From positions 180,382 through 244,381 of the forward strand of contig JAUCBJ010007822.1 in NCBI GenBank assembly GCA_032718475.1: a DNA stretch of 64,000 nucleotides, written 5' to 3'. This DNA is from Nemertoderma westbladi (Eukaryota; Animalia; Xenacoelomorpha). How positions within the stretch are numbered: position 1 is the first letter of the stretch; each line of letters opens with the position of its first letter. The position numbers and the translations under genes were made by a program. Below, one piece after another: positions 50,722-63,822 of this stretch. The notes beneath the pieces were generated by a model, which did not search any database, was not told the DNA's origin, and saw only the letters and a program-made list of their open reading frames with translations.

Positions 50722-53700
50722 TTACGTTGGGGAGTCCCTAGATGTTTGTTGGATTAGGGAGGTGGTCGTGGGAAGAGTATCTTGCCTTCCATAGTTTCCG
50801 GATAGTTCTCGGTCTCTTTCCAGTAAACATAAACGACCAACTGGGCGGCGATTGAGTTGTTGTGTTTCGAATACAATCCCAGGTTTCTTCTTTGTCCTGG
50901 AATAGTGACGATGGAAACACCAAGTTTGGTTATCGGTGAGGAGATCAGTTGTATTTTCCTCATCATATTGGTTAATATCGTCATTATCTGAGGAGTATGG
51001 TGTTCCCTCAGTTGTGGTCTCTCCCTCACTGATTTCTTCTTCCCATTCACTCACTTGATGTACTTGGTTGTTAGGTAATCTTTCCATGAGTGTTCTACAG
51101 GAAGGTCCAGTGAAGTACCAACCTACTCTCGTTCTTCCCGCATATGTTTGTAATGGTTGCGGTCGAGCAGGCCGTTTTTCCAATGTCTCTAGCGCCTCAT
51201 GCGCATTTTGGCCGATCAATATCTGTACACCTGGGTAGTCGGTGTTGAATCTAGGGATATCATGCTGCTGGGTAAAATCGTCTTCATCCCAGTTGTAAGG
51301 TTCCACTTGGCTGGTAGCAAAGTTCTTTATCGCCACCATTTTTACTGACCTTATGCTATGTTCTCCTAGTTCGTCCTGGGGAGTGGACAACGCGCCTACA
51401 TAGTAGTCTGTAGCTACTGTGGATTTCCAAACCTGCATAATTCCTGAAAGGTTCAACTTAGTTCGGAACTTGGGTTGTCCAGCAAAGGATTCCAACGTTG
51501 GAAGTTGGCGCTTTCCAAGATGGTTGTCGGTCCGGAATAGTCGGTTGCACTTCGTTATCGGTTTCAGTCTCATACGTAAGCGCTCGATACACCGCGGTGT
51601 TTATCATATAACAGGATTCGTTTTCGTCGGAGAATTCGTCCGTGTAGAATCCTTCCATCTCAGAGCTGTGGTCAGTGTCATTCACATCACTGAATTGGAC
51701 ATGTAGTTCGGGCTCACTTACCTGACTCATGCGGGTTCTTTCAAATTCTGTGTGCAGCAAGATATGATGTTTCGCGCCGCACTTAGCACACCTAGCATCT
51801 GAGTAACAGGTCCGCCGTTGGTGTCCTCGTCTGAGGCAATTATAACACAACCGCTTATCCCACATGACATCACGTCTATCTTTAAGGGATTTCTTTAAGA
51901 ATTCATCACAACCACTCAAGCGATGGGGCCCGTCGCACAATACACATTTGGGCTTGATGTTACTTACTTTAACCTGTGCTGTGTGGTGCACACTTGTTCT
52001 TTCCTCAGGCTTTCTTCCATGAATTCTCTTAGGAGACGTGGGAGGAGATGTTGTTACCTGTTCTCTCCTGTCACTGGTTCGAGACTTAGATTTACTTACG
52101 TCTTTCTGTGTTTTGTTGACATAGTAAGATCTTTCGGTGTCTTTCCCGCTGTTCTCCTCGTGGGAGGTTTGGCTTTCGCCGTCGTCTGTATAACACACTG
52201 GTGTTACCTTTCTCCTAGAAACGGGTTTTTCACTTACCTCACTTTCAGGAGTCTTCTCTCTAGACTGTTTTAGGAGTTGTAATCTTACCTCTCGGTTTAA
52301 GAATGACAGAAGGTCCGTCATGGTTGGATCTCTATGTTGTTGGTCCATCAAATAGAGAACCTTTTTGTCCCAGCGAGTACCTACTCCACCCTTTGGCAAA
52401 GCTGATGCTAGGGCTCCTACAACCATAGAATTCTGGTATTCATGAGACTTACCCAACCAGTCTAACTGTCTACAGATCTCCTGAATCTCGTCGGAAAACT
52501 CTATAATCCCGCTGCAAAGAAACTTTCGGGGCGCCATTAATTTCGCATACAAATACCTAGCTATGTTAGTCCTATTACCATACCTGATGTTTAGTGTATC
52601 CCAAACTTGTCTTAATCCATCTTGATGTCCAATAAACTTTAACGCCATTAACTTGGGAGGTCCTTCCAAGCACTCGATGAGGAATCTAAGTTTCTCTCCG
52701 TTAGATAGTTCAGAGTTCTGTATGTTATCTTTATAATATTCATTAAAAGGTAACCATTTCATCTCATCTCCATTGAACTTGACTATCTCTCCCACCTTTA
52801 CCGCTTGACGGGCTTCGGTTCTAGCCATTTGACGCGTAAAACTTTCTTGGGCCATCGTATTATTTAATATCGAGTTATCGGTATATAAATTTCTCGGATT
52901 ATGATCAGGTCTATATGGAATATCATTATCAACAGGTTTATAATCACCCTTAATAGGGTTCACTATAGGAGTTTCTACTTCACTAGCAGTATAGATGCGT
53001 GTAGGCTCCACACCTTGCGCATGAAATACTTCAGACCTAACAGGTTGACACATTGTTACAGGGGGTGGTGGTATACCCAATTGTATATTTACTAATTTGT
53101 CGCGTTCTAACGCGATACTCTGCTGCACTTCTTGCAACTCTAACCTACCCTCTCTTACTGTTCCCTTTAACTGCTGAACAGTCCCTTCCAACTCCCGGGC
53201 CTGCTGGGAGGAACATATCCGATGTTCGTTCAGCTGCCCGAGCAGGAGACCCATCTCCCACCGTCGCTCATCCACCCACTCTACCGCCGAAGCGGGAGCC
53301 GCCAACATAGTGGCGGGTAGACGAGGGACGACGGGTGATAAATCGTTAATGTCTCGCTCGGCATCCAGGACCGGAATTGACTCAGGAACTGTCCTACTGG
53401 GCACAGGTAGTTTAGTACTGTGCAAAGGGAATTTAGAGTTAGGTTCTGGAAGTACAGGGGTCTCTATCACAGAGGGGGTGGCTTCGAGAACACGCCTAAT
53501 TATTTCAGGCTCATCTACTATAGTAGGGAGTCTTTCTTCCCTAATAATTTGGTCTGTAGGCGCAGGATTACTCAAATCTACACTAGCTAGTTGCCTTCTC
53601 ACGGCTGGAGGCAAATCAGGCAATTTCTGCCGGTGCAGCGCCCTTCTACGTCCGCTGGAACAAGATTTATTTCCTCTACCTTCAGGATCTGTTGTATCGC

Positions 53701-54646
53701 CTTCATCAGAGGATGTAAATCCCTGTCTCTTGGGAGTAGATCGACTTAACAGCTGCATCTGAGTAGCTGTTCTCTGTTTATTTAAGTAGTCTTGCTTCAC
53801 TTGAAGATGTTCCAACTCTAGTTGGGCTGTCTCTTCAGATGCCCTCCGTTCTGCTGCTGCCACTGCCTCTGCCGCCTTTCTTTCAACTTCTGCAGCTGCC
53901 GCTGTCGCTTTTCTTTCCGCTTCTGCAGCTGCCGCTGTCGCTTTTCTTTCCGCTTCTGCCGCTTTTCTTTCCGCTTCTGCCGCCTTTCTTTCTACTTCTG
54001 CAGCTGCCGCTGTCGCCTTTCTTTCCGCTTCTGCCGCTGCCGCTGCCGCTGCCGCTGCCGCTGCCTTTCTGTCTTCTATATGTTTTTTCTTTAGCTGTTC
54101 TTCCTGTTCCATAAGGATGAGGATGCGTTCATCAAATTTAGCCTGCTCAGCAGCCAACATTTCCGCATCTAACGAGTCCAACACCAATTTGGCTCCCTCA
54201 CTATTGGGGCGAAGTCCAGCTAGCTGTCTCCTTAACTCTTTGTCACCTATAAATCGTTGATAGTCCGACAGATAGATGTCAATAGCATCTTTCTTCTGAG
54301 GTTTCTCTGATGTAACTTCGCTTTCCACTTGAGAAAAGGTAGCGTCTGTTGATTCTCCGTGGGTTGCGCGATCAGTTAGCTGAATTTTCCATTGTGTCGT
54401 TCCTTGGACTTTAAGACTCACCTGTTGGAACCAAGTCTTTACGGCAACTTGCAACGACGTGTCTTGGCTTCTCTTCGAGGCTTCCTCAAAGGCGGAAAGG
54501 ATTAGTCTGATCCGTAAGATTCGTTCTCGAACTTGATAAAGCAGCTCTCCCTGCTCTTGAGGTCCTTGTCTTTGTTGGAATAGGTGTTCTTCTAGTCGCT
54601 TCAAAGAACTGAAGAATCCCTGGACATGTGATATAGGATGGGACAT
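50722..54646 (-). pseudogene. C Gag and partial protease; deletion plus frameshift at ~51490 removes LLDSGS
   Basis: 1062-aa Gag ORF, then a shifted frame FAGQPKF... The catalytic segment present in A1/A2 is missing. Confidence 0.85.
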
Positions 54647-54896
54647 GTAAAATTAACTATCAGTATCTGTCTTATATACAGCATTAGGCCTACCTACTGA
54701 CTGCATACCACAGCATCAGTCTTTCATTTTAGTTATCTTGTTAACGGTACAGGTACTGTGGTAGTACTAGCGAGATACTTGACAGAATGAAGCTACAGTA
54801 GGTAGTAACTACCGGTAGTTAGTAATTTCTTGAGGTCAGTGTATTGATTGTTCAGTATGGCTATGGGCTATCAATAGGATACCAATAGAATATCGA

Positions 54897-55995
54897 GTGC
54901 AACAAAATCTGGTAAGTCTTATGTACAAGACCCAGCACGGAACCTCACCGAGTTACATCCAAGATATGGTTAACTTCAATAAAAACACGCGATCAACACG
55001 AACCCCGAGAACAAAAGCATCGATCCCCCATAAGAATACTAAATTCGCACAGAACTCATTTGACTATCGAGGCCCAGCGTTCTGGAACGCCCTACCGAAC
55101 TGTGTAACCGAGGCAATGACACTAGAGTCTTTTAAACCCCAAGTAAAACGCCATTACTTAAATACTCTAACCGACGCATGAATCACAATTACTTGCACAC
55201 TATTAACCCACTTAATTCATAAACATGCATCGCAGTTATTTTACTAAGTTTGTTTTTCTACCTTTATTTATCTAAATACTTGACAGAATTTTTGACAGTA
55301 AATTGACAGAAAAATTCTAAGTAACAAATTTTAAATTATCCCATCTATAACCATTTTTAGATTAAATCACTGACTATTTCATTTGTGTATTTCTATTCGT
55401 AGTCCTGAATTTAATTTAATTTTATTGCTTCCCCAACAATTATACAATCTTATTACAGTAGTAGTCCACAAACAATGCATCGCAGTTCCTTTACTAAGTT
55501 TGTTTTTTTATATTTATTTTATCTAAATATTTGACAATTTTAAGTAAAAAATTTCAAATTATCCCATCCATAACCATTTTTAGATTAAAGCACTGACAAT
55601 TTTATTTGTGTATTTTTATTTGTAGTCTTGAATTTAATTTTTATTGCTTCCCCAACAATTATACAATCTCATTAGTAGTTCATGTGTATTCTAATCTGTA
55701 GTCCTAAATTTAATTTTATTACTTCCCCGACTATTTTACCTAAAACATTATTACACAGCGGGGACCCACATGGAAACGAGGTCCGCCTCATGTGGCTATC
55801 CCATTAAGTGACAATTTTATCGATATATCTCGCGCAAGATGTATACTGTTCATATATTTTTCATACCATACTGATTTAAATTCATAACAAAATATCTCGT
55901 ACTGTATCTATAACAATTGTATGGTTGCTAACGGTCTATACCAACTTAAATATTATCTATTATGTGTCCCGTCACTAATAAATCAATATCAATAT
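54897..55995 (+). mobile_element. 3' fragment of a CR1/L2-group LINE with 3' UTR
   Basis: LMYK..PSYI..RSTR..NSFDYRGPAFWNALP..SFK..K C-terminal motif; ~250-bp UTR duplication; stem-loop at 55758-55802; aataaa followed by (tcaata)n. Confidence 0.7.
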
Positions 55996-56081
55996 CTATA
56001 TAAACCAATGATATATTATTGATATTGAATAGTCAGTCATAATAAGAAATTATGTAAATATTATATCTTCAACTTTATTAA

Positions 56082-56262
56082 GGTAATTGGCAATTAATTG
56101 CAATTAATTGAATAATTGATTTTGTAAATTCGCAATTACAATTAATTGATTGGTTCAAGACTTTAATTCAATTACAAATTAATTGATTGATATAATTTCC
56201 AATTGCAATTAATTGATTGATGATAGCATGCAATTAAATTGCAATCAATTTTTGATAACCCT
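56082..56262. repeat. caattaattg-rich MITE-like remnant
   Basis: Many aattaattg/aattgattg units, similar to 4978-5080. Confidence 0.4.
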
Positions 56263-56633
56263 CGGTTGCCGGGAATAAAACCGTTCGTATCTCAGTACAG
56301 CAGTAACTCACTCAGCTTACTCTGCTGCTGCTCTGATACTACTGTACTACCGGTACTGCTGTATACTGGTATAGGTCGTTCCAGCGTTCGGGACGTACAT
56401 TCTATAAAAATTAATGTCAGAAACAGATTCTAGTTCTAGCTGAGTGAAAGAATAGCCATTTATCAGTAATCTTTATTCTGTTACCGGTACTGCGGTACAC
56501 ATGTACACTGTGTTACTGTGTAGCAGTGTGCAGTGGCACTGTTTAAAAAGGTCGGCCCATAAGTTTTAGGGCCGCTGCACGGCCTGTCTTTTTAGTAGGC
56601 CTTGCTCAGCACGTGACTCTTCAATCAGTCAAT

Positions 56634-57335
56634 ATGTTTTTGAGTCGAGTATTACGCGGCTTTGCCAACGTACCCGAGTGGTTGCACCGGACACCGCGCG
56701 AGAAGGGCTACGTCTGGAGCGAACAGAAACCCGGGAGCGACGCTGACCGACACAGAAACCGAATCGATTTAACCAAGAAGAGGAACGCAAAACTCATGTT
56801 CGTAAAAGAACCACGTATTGACTTCGCTAAGGAATGGATGATTTATCCCGGCGATATTGTGAAAGTAGTCCGGGGGAGGGATGCCGGCAAGACCGGAGAA
56901 GTCCTTCAAATTGTCCCCGAAAAGAAATGGGTTTTCGTTTCAAATCTGAACACCGAACTTAGGACGACTGAGATCTCGGAAGGTAGAGTTATAGTTTTTC
57001 CTAAAGAACTTCCTATATTTTACGATTTCGTTTCGCTTATAGACCCTGCCGACGGGTTGGAAACTGAGGCCGAATACCGGCACAAGGCCGACGGTGAGCG
57101 CGTGAGGGTGGCCTCACGGACCGGGCGGATTCTCCCCCTTAGTACCGAGGCCCTCGCAATCCTTAAAGGCTTCCCGATCCCCGAGGGATGGAAGGCCGCC
57201 GATAAAGATACTCCCATCGACTCGGTTTTAGCTAAAACTTACGTACCGACTCTGAAATCTTTCGAGGAGAATATCTTTGAGAGTTTAGATATTTATGAGC
57301 CCAGGAATTACCCCGGGAAAATATATTGGTATTGA
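56634..57335 (+). CDS. MRPL24: Mitochondrial ribosomal protein uL24m, intronless
   Basis: W.I.PGD.V.V..G.DAGKTG.V (KOW motif), VSLIDP.D, GERVRVASRTGRILP, KDT, C-terminal YWY. First ATG at 56634. Confidence 0.93.
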   Translation: MFLSRVLRGFANVPEWLHRTPREKGYVWSEQKPGSDADRHRNRIDLTKKRNAKLMFVKEPRIDFAKEWMIYPGDIVKVVRGRDAGKTGEVLQIVPEKKWVFVSNLNTELRTTEISEGRVIVFPKELPIFYDFVSLIDPADGLETEAEYRHKADGERVRVASRTGRILPLSTEALAILKGFPIPEGWKAADKDTPIDSVLAKTYVPTLKSFEENIFESLDIYEPRNYPGKIYWY

Positions 57336-58842
57336 ATTGGCACGTTCATTATTTTATATTCTTAGTCATATAATAATAACTATAATAATTAATTTGTAAA
57401 TAATATATTAAATTCATTCGTAATGACTGTTTAACTGTTTATTGATTTAAGTGTGGGGGGGGGGGTGTTTGGCGGCACATTTTTTTAAATATTTTTTCTA
57501 ATATTAGTCAGTGATTAGGCTTTATTTACCGCGCCCTTCTTTTATTTACCTGGCGCCGTTAGGTCTACACCGTAATTGATGCCTTAGAGTGCCCCATCTC
57601 AAGTTTATTCATATTCATGGCTCCTAGTACTGCAGCTGTTGCTGAATACAAAAATAGTAAACAATTGATCCACGTGGTGGGTTGCGAAGAGTTTAACGTC
57701 AGGAAGTTAACGGACTTATACTTTATTTATTGTATATACATTATACACATACACTATTGAATATACAGAATTCAAAACTTTATCTGGAAACTTATTTTGT
57801 GTAAAACTAATTAATTAAGAAATAAAGGCAATTAAAAATTAATAAAAAATAACTATATTAATTATTGAGATACGTGGATATGTATTAGTTTGTTGACATT
57901 ATCGTGTTGATCAATTAATTTACATTGGGCTTGCAGAAAGAAACTTGGGATTTCTAACGTACAGTATTACGGTAATCCATGTCACAAACTATTCAGAAGT
58001 GTCGTTTTGCATTGAGTACAAAAATGGCACCATAATATATTGGAATTTCCAGCTGTTCTTCAGTAAATTATTCACGGTATGCTGAAGTCAACGGGAATAT
58101 TATAAAAATAAATAAAATAAAAAAATTATCAAAATATTGATAAGTGTGACATATTAGTGATGTTATGCGTTACTTAGCAACACCGGAAATTTCGAATGTC
58201 ATTAACAGACGTGGTGGATCGCAACTAAAACTTACAGGATGACTATAAAGTTATTGAAATATATGGGTAACAACTGAACCAGAATGTCTTTATGTGTGAT
58301 TGAAAAAAAACAATCTATAACACAAAATAAATGATAAGTCGTCTTATTAATTGTAGTTGGTGTTGTTGATGACAAACAACACCATATTACATTGCCAATC
58401 TTTATATTATAGATAATGAAATATAGTAGAGCCTACTTAACACCGTGATACCTGGCAGGCACTCTGTAAACTACTTAGGCCCTATTCTACGGAGCCCTAG
58501 AGGAATATTTGTGAAGATATATATTTTATTATATTATTATTATTATATTATATTTTATTATTATATTTCATTTAATCACACATGTATTCATTCATTCACG
58601 ACTAATATATTTAATGCACAATGGATTAACTTTTTTAGGCCAAATAATATAATACACCATTGTGATACCAATTCATATTCATAACCTGAACAGTTCGAAA
58701 TTATTGCGAAGTAACAATTTAGTAAATATATAGTCTGGGTTGAAAGAAATTATGCTGAGAAAGCTGAGAAACATAGGCCTACTGAGATACTGTTTATGAT
58801 TATACCGCGACCGTGATCTACATACCTACCAGGTTTACCTAC

Positions 58843-59165
58843 TAGCTGCGACTTCCTCTCGGGTTTAGCTGCAACTTCCTCTCGGGTTTAGCTGCGATTT
58901 CCTCTCGGGTTTAGCTGCGACAACCTCTAGGTTTTTGTTGCGAATTGCGACTACCTACGGGTCCAGTTTACCTAGGATAGTTTATGACCATCTACTACTG
59001 GGTTTAATCGCGACTAACTTCCGGGTGGACATGTGACTTCCTCGCGCGTTTAGCTGCGACAACATCTAGGGTTTAGTTGCGAATTGCGGATACGTACCGG
59101 GTTCAGTTTAGACTATCTACAGGGTTTAGTTGCAACTAACTTCAGGGTTAACTTCAGCTGCGACA
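58843..59165. repeat. 23-bp degenerate tandem repeat upstream of the CRE-like ORF
   Basis: tagctgcgacttcctctcgggtt at 58843, 58866, 58889, then decaying copies. Confidence 0.8.
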
Positions 59166-59832
59166 ACAGATACTGGAATTTGTTATACAGAATCAAGGTT
59201 TGTGGCTGCTTATCTGCATCTCTTGCTTGTCTTCTTTACCATCTTTTAGCTTATTTGTGGTCCGTTTTTCCAATCAATCAAATATCCTGTTACTTATGTA
59301 TTGGCTTAATCTCAACTTTATTCATTAACTATAGGGCCATACCGCTTGTAATATTTATTAATCATTTTATTGCTTGTTGTTTGTTTGTTTATATAATTGT
59401 AGCATACAAACATTAGGGGCCGTCCAACCCCTTATAATCAAATCATATTCATTTCCCCATATCCATCTGCTGCTTTTTGTTTGTTTTAACATATATACAC
59501 CTTACAGTCAAATCATATTAATTCCTGCTGCTTGTTTGTTGTTTGTTTGTTGTATAATATAATATTTGTTTGCTGTATATATATTTTGTATATAATTGTA
59601 ACATATATATTTTTCATCAAATCATGTTAATTTTTCCATACCCGTCTGTTGCTTGTTTATTGATTTTTGTTTGTTTTCATTGTATATAATTGTAGCAAAT
59701 GTATATAATTGACAATCGTAAACTAAAAAATATTTTCCCTGACATTTTGAAATTATTAGTTTAATTGCAAACATTAAATTGCAAATACTTTTTAGTCCAT
59801 AACGCAATCATTTCCAACAAACATACATTGCA

Positions 59833-62800
59833 ATGGACCTGAGCTGCATCGACCTGACTGAAAGTATCCTTTTGAATGATTTTCCTCCCAAATCACTAGA
59901 TACCATCTCCGAATCAGACATTTACAGTCTTCCCAATGGAAATTGGTTGACTGGCAATATAATTGAAGCGATAGCGTAGTTCCTCTGTGACAAACAAACC
60001 CTCACCACTCGTGTCTTCAGCACCCATTTCCTTGAAGTATACAGGAGTAAGGGCTACTCTGTAGTGAAAAGATGGACTAGCAGCGAAACTTATTCTCTTG
60101 ATCTGCTTTTCTTCCCTCTCCATGTTAATTCCAACCACTGGACACTAGCTACTTTCTCACCCAAAGATACCACATTGAGATATTTTGACTCCTTAGGAGG
60201 AACAGACATTGGTATTATTTCAGACCTGAAACACTGGTTGTCCTTGGAAGCAGCCAGGCTGAAATTCCCACTGGATGATATAAAAGTGTCACCACCAATC
60301 CCTAGGCTACAACATAATTCCACTGATTGTGGCATATATGTCATCAAGTTTATTGATTTGATGCTGAAGGGCGAGGACCTCACTGGGGTCAATGGTTCTT
60401 CCATTAGCTCTTACCGTAAATATCTCCAATCCCTAGTGAAGTCGAACAGTGTCCTTATTAACCAATACCCCACTCAAGAACCCAATCTTCCTGCTTCCGC
60501 GAAACAAGCATCTATGCCCAATAAACCATCACCCACTCCCACTATTGCTTCACTCTCTGAACCATCTCCTAAAATCTGCTCTCCCATACCAACCCATCCA
60601 CCCATACCTCTGTCATCCAATACATCTGCCACTAAAGGCAACCAAACCACTATCTCTCCAACTCTTTTACCCAATGCACCAGCAACTGACCGCAACCCAA
60701 CCATTCCTGCTCCACCAGTCCGCATCCCTCAAACACTCCTGCATTCATCAATCCCCCCGCCTATACATGCCCTTCACAGCCAACAAGACACCCATTCCCA
60801 GAGTGATCCAGCAAATATTAACTTAAAGCGCACTTGCCACTCCTGCAAAAAACCTTTCTCTACTAACCATGATGGTAAACTCCGTAGGCATAAAGTATCC
60901 TCTGGCACCTACTGTCCTGGATCCGGTTCTTTGATTGCACAAACCAGTAAACATATCATTGATGCCAATCTAAATCAGATATCCCACACACTTACAAGAA
61001 CCTCATCTTCAGAAGTTCCAAATAACCTGGGAACTGGGACACCTACAAGTAGGCCTTCTGACCAGTCTCTCCAAGAAGCATTGGCTCTACTCAATGTTGT
61101 TAAGAACAGCAAGACAAGAATCCTGAAGTTTGTCCCCCGTGGGGCAAGAGTGCAGGTAGCTAAGACACTTGACGCTTGTGTCCAGGCTGTCTTATTGTCC
61201 AATGATTACCAGTCTTGGTCCAAGCTCCTTCTTATGCCTCACCTTTGCTTGATGAGACCAGAAAGAGGTGGCCGTAAGCAAAGAGTATCTTTGGCTTCCC
61301 TGGTCAATCGACAATGTGCCGCATTTAACTCTACACTGAATGTAGCTGAGTTTGCTGCTAGCTTCCCAAAACATAACACCTCCAAGCGACAAAAGCCACC
61401 ACCAGGTGACCCTGACAATCAAGCTCAAGCACATCTAGCATCAGCAATCTCTCAGAAACTGGATGAAGGGGACATCCGGGGAGCAGTTCGTATTGCTACA
61501 TGTGAGGACACTATAGCTGCTGTTGACCAACAGACTTTCAATGAGCTGCAGGCAAAGCATCCACCATGTCCTACCGACAGACGCCCTTTCCCTGAACAAT
61601 TGGACCCAGAGCCTATCTTTGTCAGTACCAAGGCAGTAAAGTCAGCTATTGAAAGCTTCAACCCAGGGTCTGCTGCAGGCCTGTCTGGTTTGCGCCCTCA
61701 ACATCTCAAGGATTTGATCTCAAAACGCTCTGGTGATTCTGGATTAACACTACTGTCTTCCACAACAGCTCTCATTAATGTTTGCCTAGCTGGAAATGTC
61801 CCCTTATCTATAAGTCCTGTCCTGGTGGGGGCTTCCCTGACAGCTTTTAACAAGACAGATGGTGGCATCCGTCCGATAGCCATTGGTGAAACACTACGGC
61901 GTTTAGCAGCAAAATGCGCTTCCCATAAGTTAGCTGAAAAGTTTTCAGATAAATTTGTACCTCTCCAACTTGGTTTCGGGATCTCTGGTGGTGCAGAAGC
62001 TGCTATCCATGCTCTATCAGATTTCATTTCAGTAGCCTCTGAAGAAGATGTTGTTGTTAAGCTTGATTTCTCAAATGCTTTCAATACCATCCGTAGGGAT
62101 CATGTAGCCGAACGCATTGCCATTGAAGCACCAGAGCTACTCCCATTCTTCCGCCTTTGCTACGAAAACTCTTCATTCCTCCCATTCGGGGATTTCCTTC
62201 TGTTCTCAGAGGAAGGATTCCAACAAGGCGACCCTGTTGCTGTTTTTGGGTTCTGCCTGGGCCTTCACCAGCAACTTGAAGATCTGCAGGCCTCACTCAA
62301 AGCAGGATACATTGATGACGTATCAGCTGGTGGAAAGTGGGACCACATCCTTGCAGAACTTATCAAGTTCAGGTCTGCTTGTGAGCAAATAGGCCTTTGT
62401 CTTAATGTTAAGAAATGTGAGGTAACCATCTTCCATAATGATAAGGCTAGGCATGACCAGATACTGGAAGCCTTCCAGACTGACTTCCCCAACATTAGGG
62501 AAACTTTGCCCAGAGACATCCTCCTCCTTGGAGCCCCAATAGGCAAGGCAGCTATCGAATCTTCATTGAACGATAAGCTTGCAAACCTCACTCTGTTCCA
62601 GTCCAGACTTAAGCTCCTTTGCAACCATGATGCGTTCTTCTTGCTAAAGAACTGTTTGGCAGTCCCTAAGCTGGTCTACTTGCTCCGCACAACACCAACT
62701 TTTGCATTCCCTGATGTTCTACGCCGTATTGACAACTGCATTAAAGACACCTTAATAGATGTTACCAATTCGGAGCTTACCCCGTCTATATTCAAGCAGG

Positions 62801-63822
62801 CTTGCCTACCAGCTCGATATGGAGGACTTGGGATACCACCAATCTCAGTCATTGCTCCATGTGCATTCCTGTCTTCCACATTAAAGAACTGCACACTACG
62901 CACAGCTATCTTTGACATCGGCGATGCTCCTCCACTCCCAGAGCGAGCACAGGCATTAAAACTCTGGCGCGATTATTCATTGACAAATGAAATTCCCACA
63001 AACCCCTCAAGACAACGTAACTGGCTAGAGCCTATTTACCAAACCCAATTTGAGGAGCTCATTCACAGTTCTGATAATTTAGCTGTTGCCCGTCTGAAAG
63101 GCTGCCGAGCACCAGGATCAGGGGACTGGCTTAATGCTCTGCCGTCATCAACTCTTGGGCTTCGTCTCTCAGACAAGCAGTTTGGAATTGCAGTTTCTCT
63201 CCGTCTAGGTGCACCTGTATGCTCCCAGCACATATGCGTGTGCGGCACCTTAGTTGATGAGACTGCAAACCATGCTCTTGTCTGCAAACACACCAAGAGC
63301 CGAAATGGTCGCCACCGCCTTTGCAACAACGCAATCTACCATGGGCTAATCGCTGCAGAGATGCCTTCAACCCTGGAGCCAATAGGATTATGTAGCTCAT
63401 CCTGCAAACGCCCAGATGGTTCTACATTGCTGCCTTGGAATAGAGGGAAGCCGCTAGTGTGGGACTTCACATGTACACACAGATTGGCTGCCTCTTATTC
63501 ATCTTCTGCTGGACTAGATGGAGCTTCAGTTGCAGACCTGGCAGAGGCTAGAAAGCTCGATAAGTACAAGGAGCTATCTAATAGTTATATTGTGCAACCA
63601 GTTGCATTTGAAACCCTGGGTGGTATTGGCCCATGCTCCTTGGCATTTCTCCGAGAGGTTGGTAGACGCATTGAGAGTAGCACAGGAAACAAACGTGCCA
63701 CTGAATTTCTCCGTCAACGAATTGGGATCTGTGTTCAGATCGGCAATGCCTCCTGCGTGACAGAATCTTTCGGTTTGGGTGAAATGGAGGGGTACAGGGA
63801 GAGACAGGGGAGACACCTCTAG
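59833..63822 (+). mobile_element. CRE-like non-LTR retrotransposon ORF: Ulp1/C48 protease, zinc finger, RT, restriction-like endonuclease; in-frame TAG at 59977
   Basis: NWLTGNII, KRWT, HW, YFDSLG, QHNSTDCG (His-Asp-Cys triad); GGIRPIAIGETLRRL, KLDFSNAFN, GFQQGDP, YIDD; CxC..H..C, RH, RPDG, WDFT, KLDKY, ETLGG. Confidence 0.88.

Larger units (their letters stand above)
46163..54890 (-). mobile_element. Element C, diverged A-family member, 5' truncated (no 5' LTR)
   Basis: 3' LTR 46163-47354 has the same termini as A; internal region is collinear with A1/A2. The upstream boundary is approximate. Confidence 0.85.

Noticed and set aside
58843-59165. Telomeric TTTAGGG array or CRISPR array
   Set aside because: The gggtttag word is only part of a 23-bp unit; there is no pure telomere tract and no spacers.
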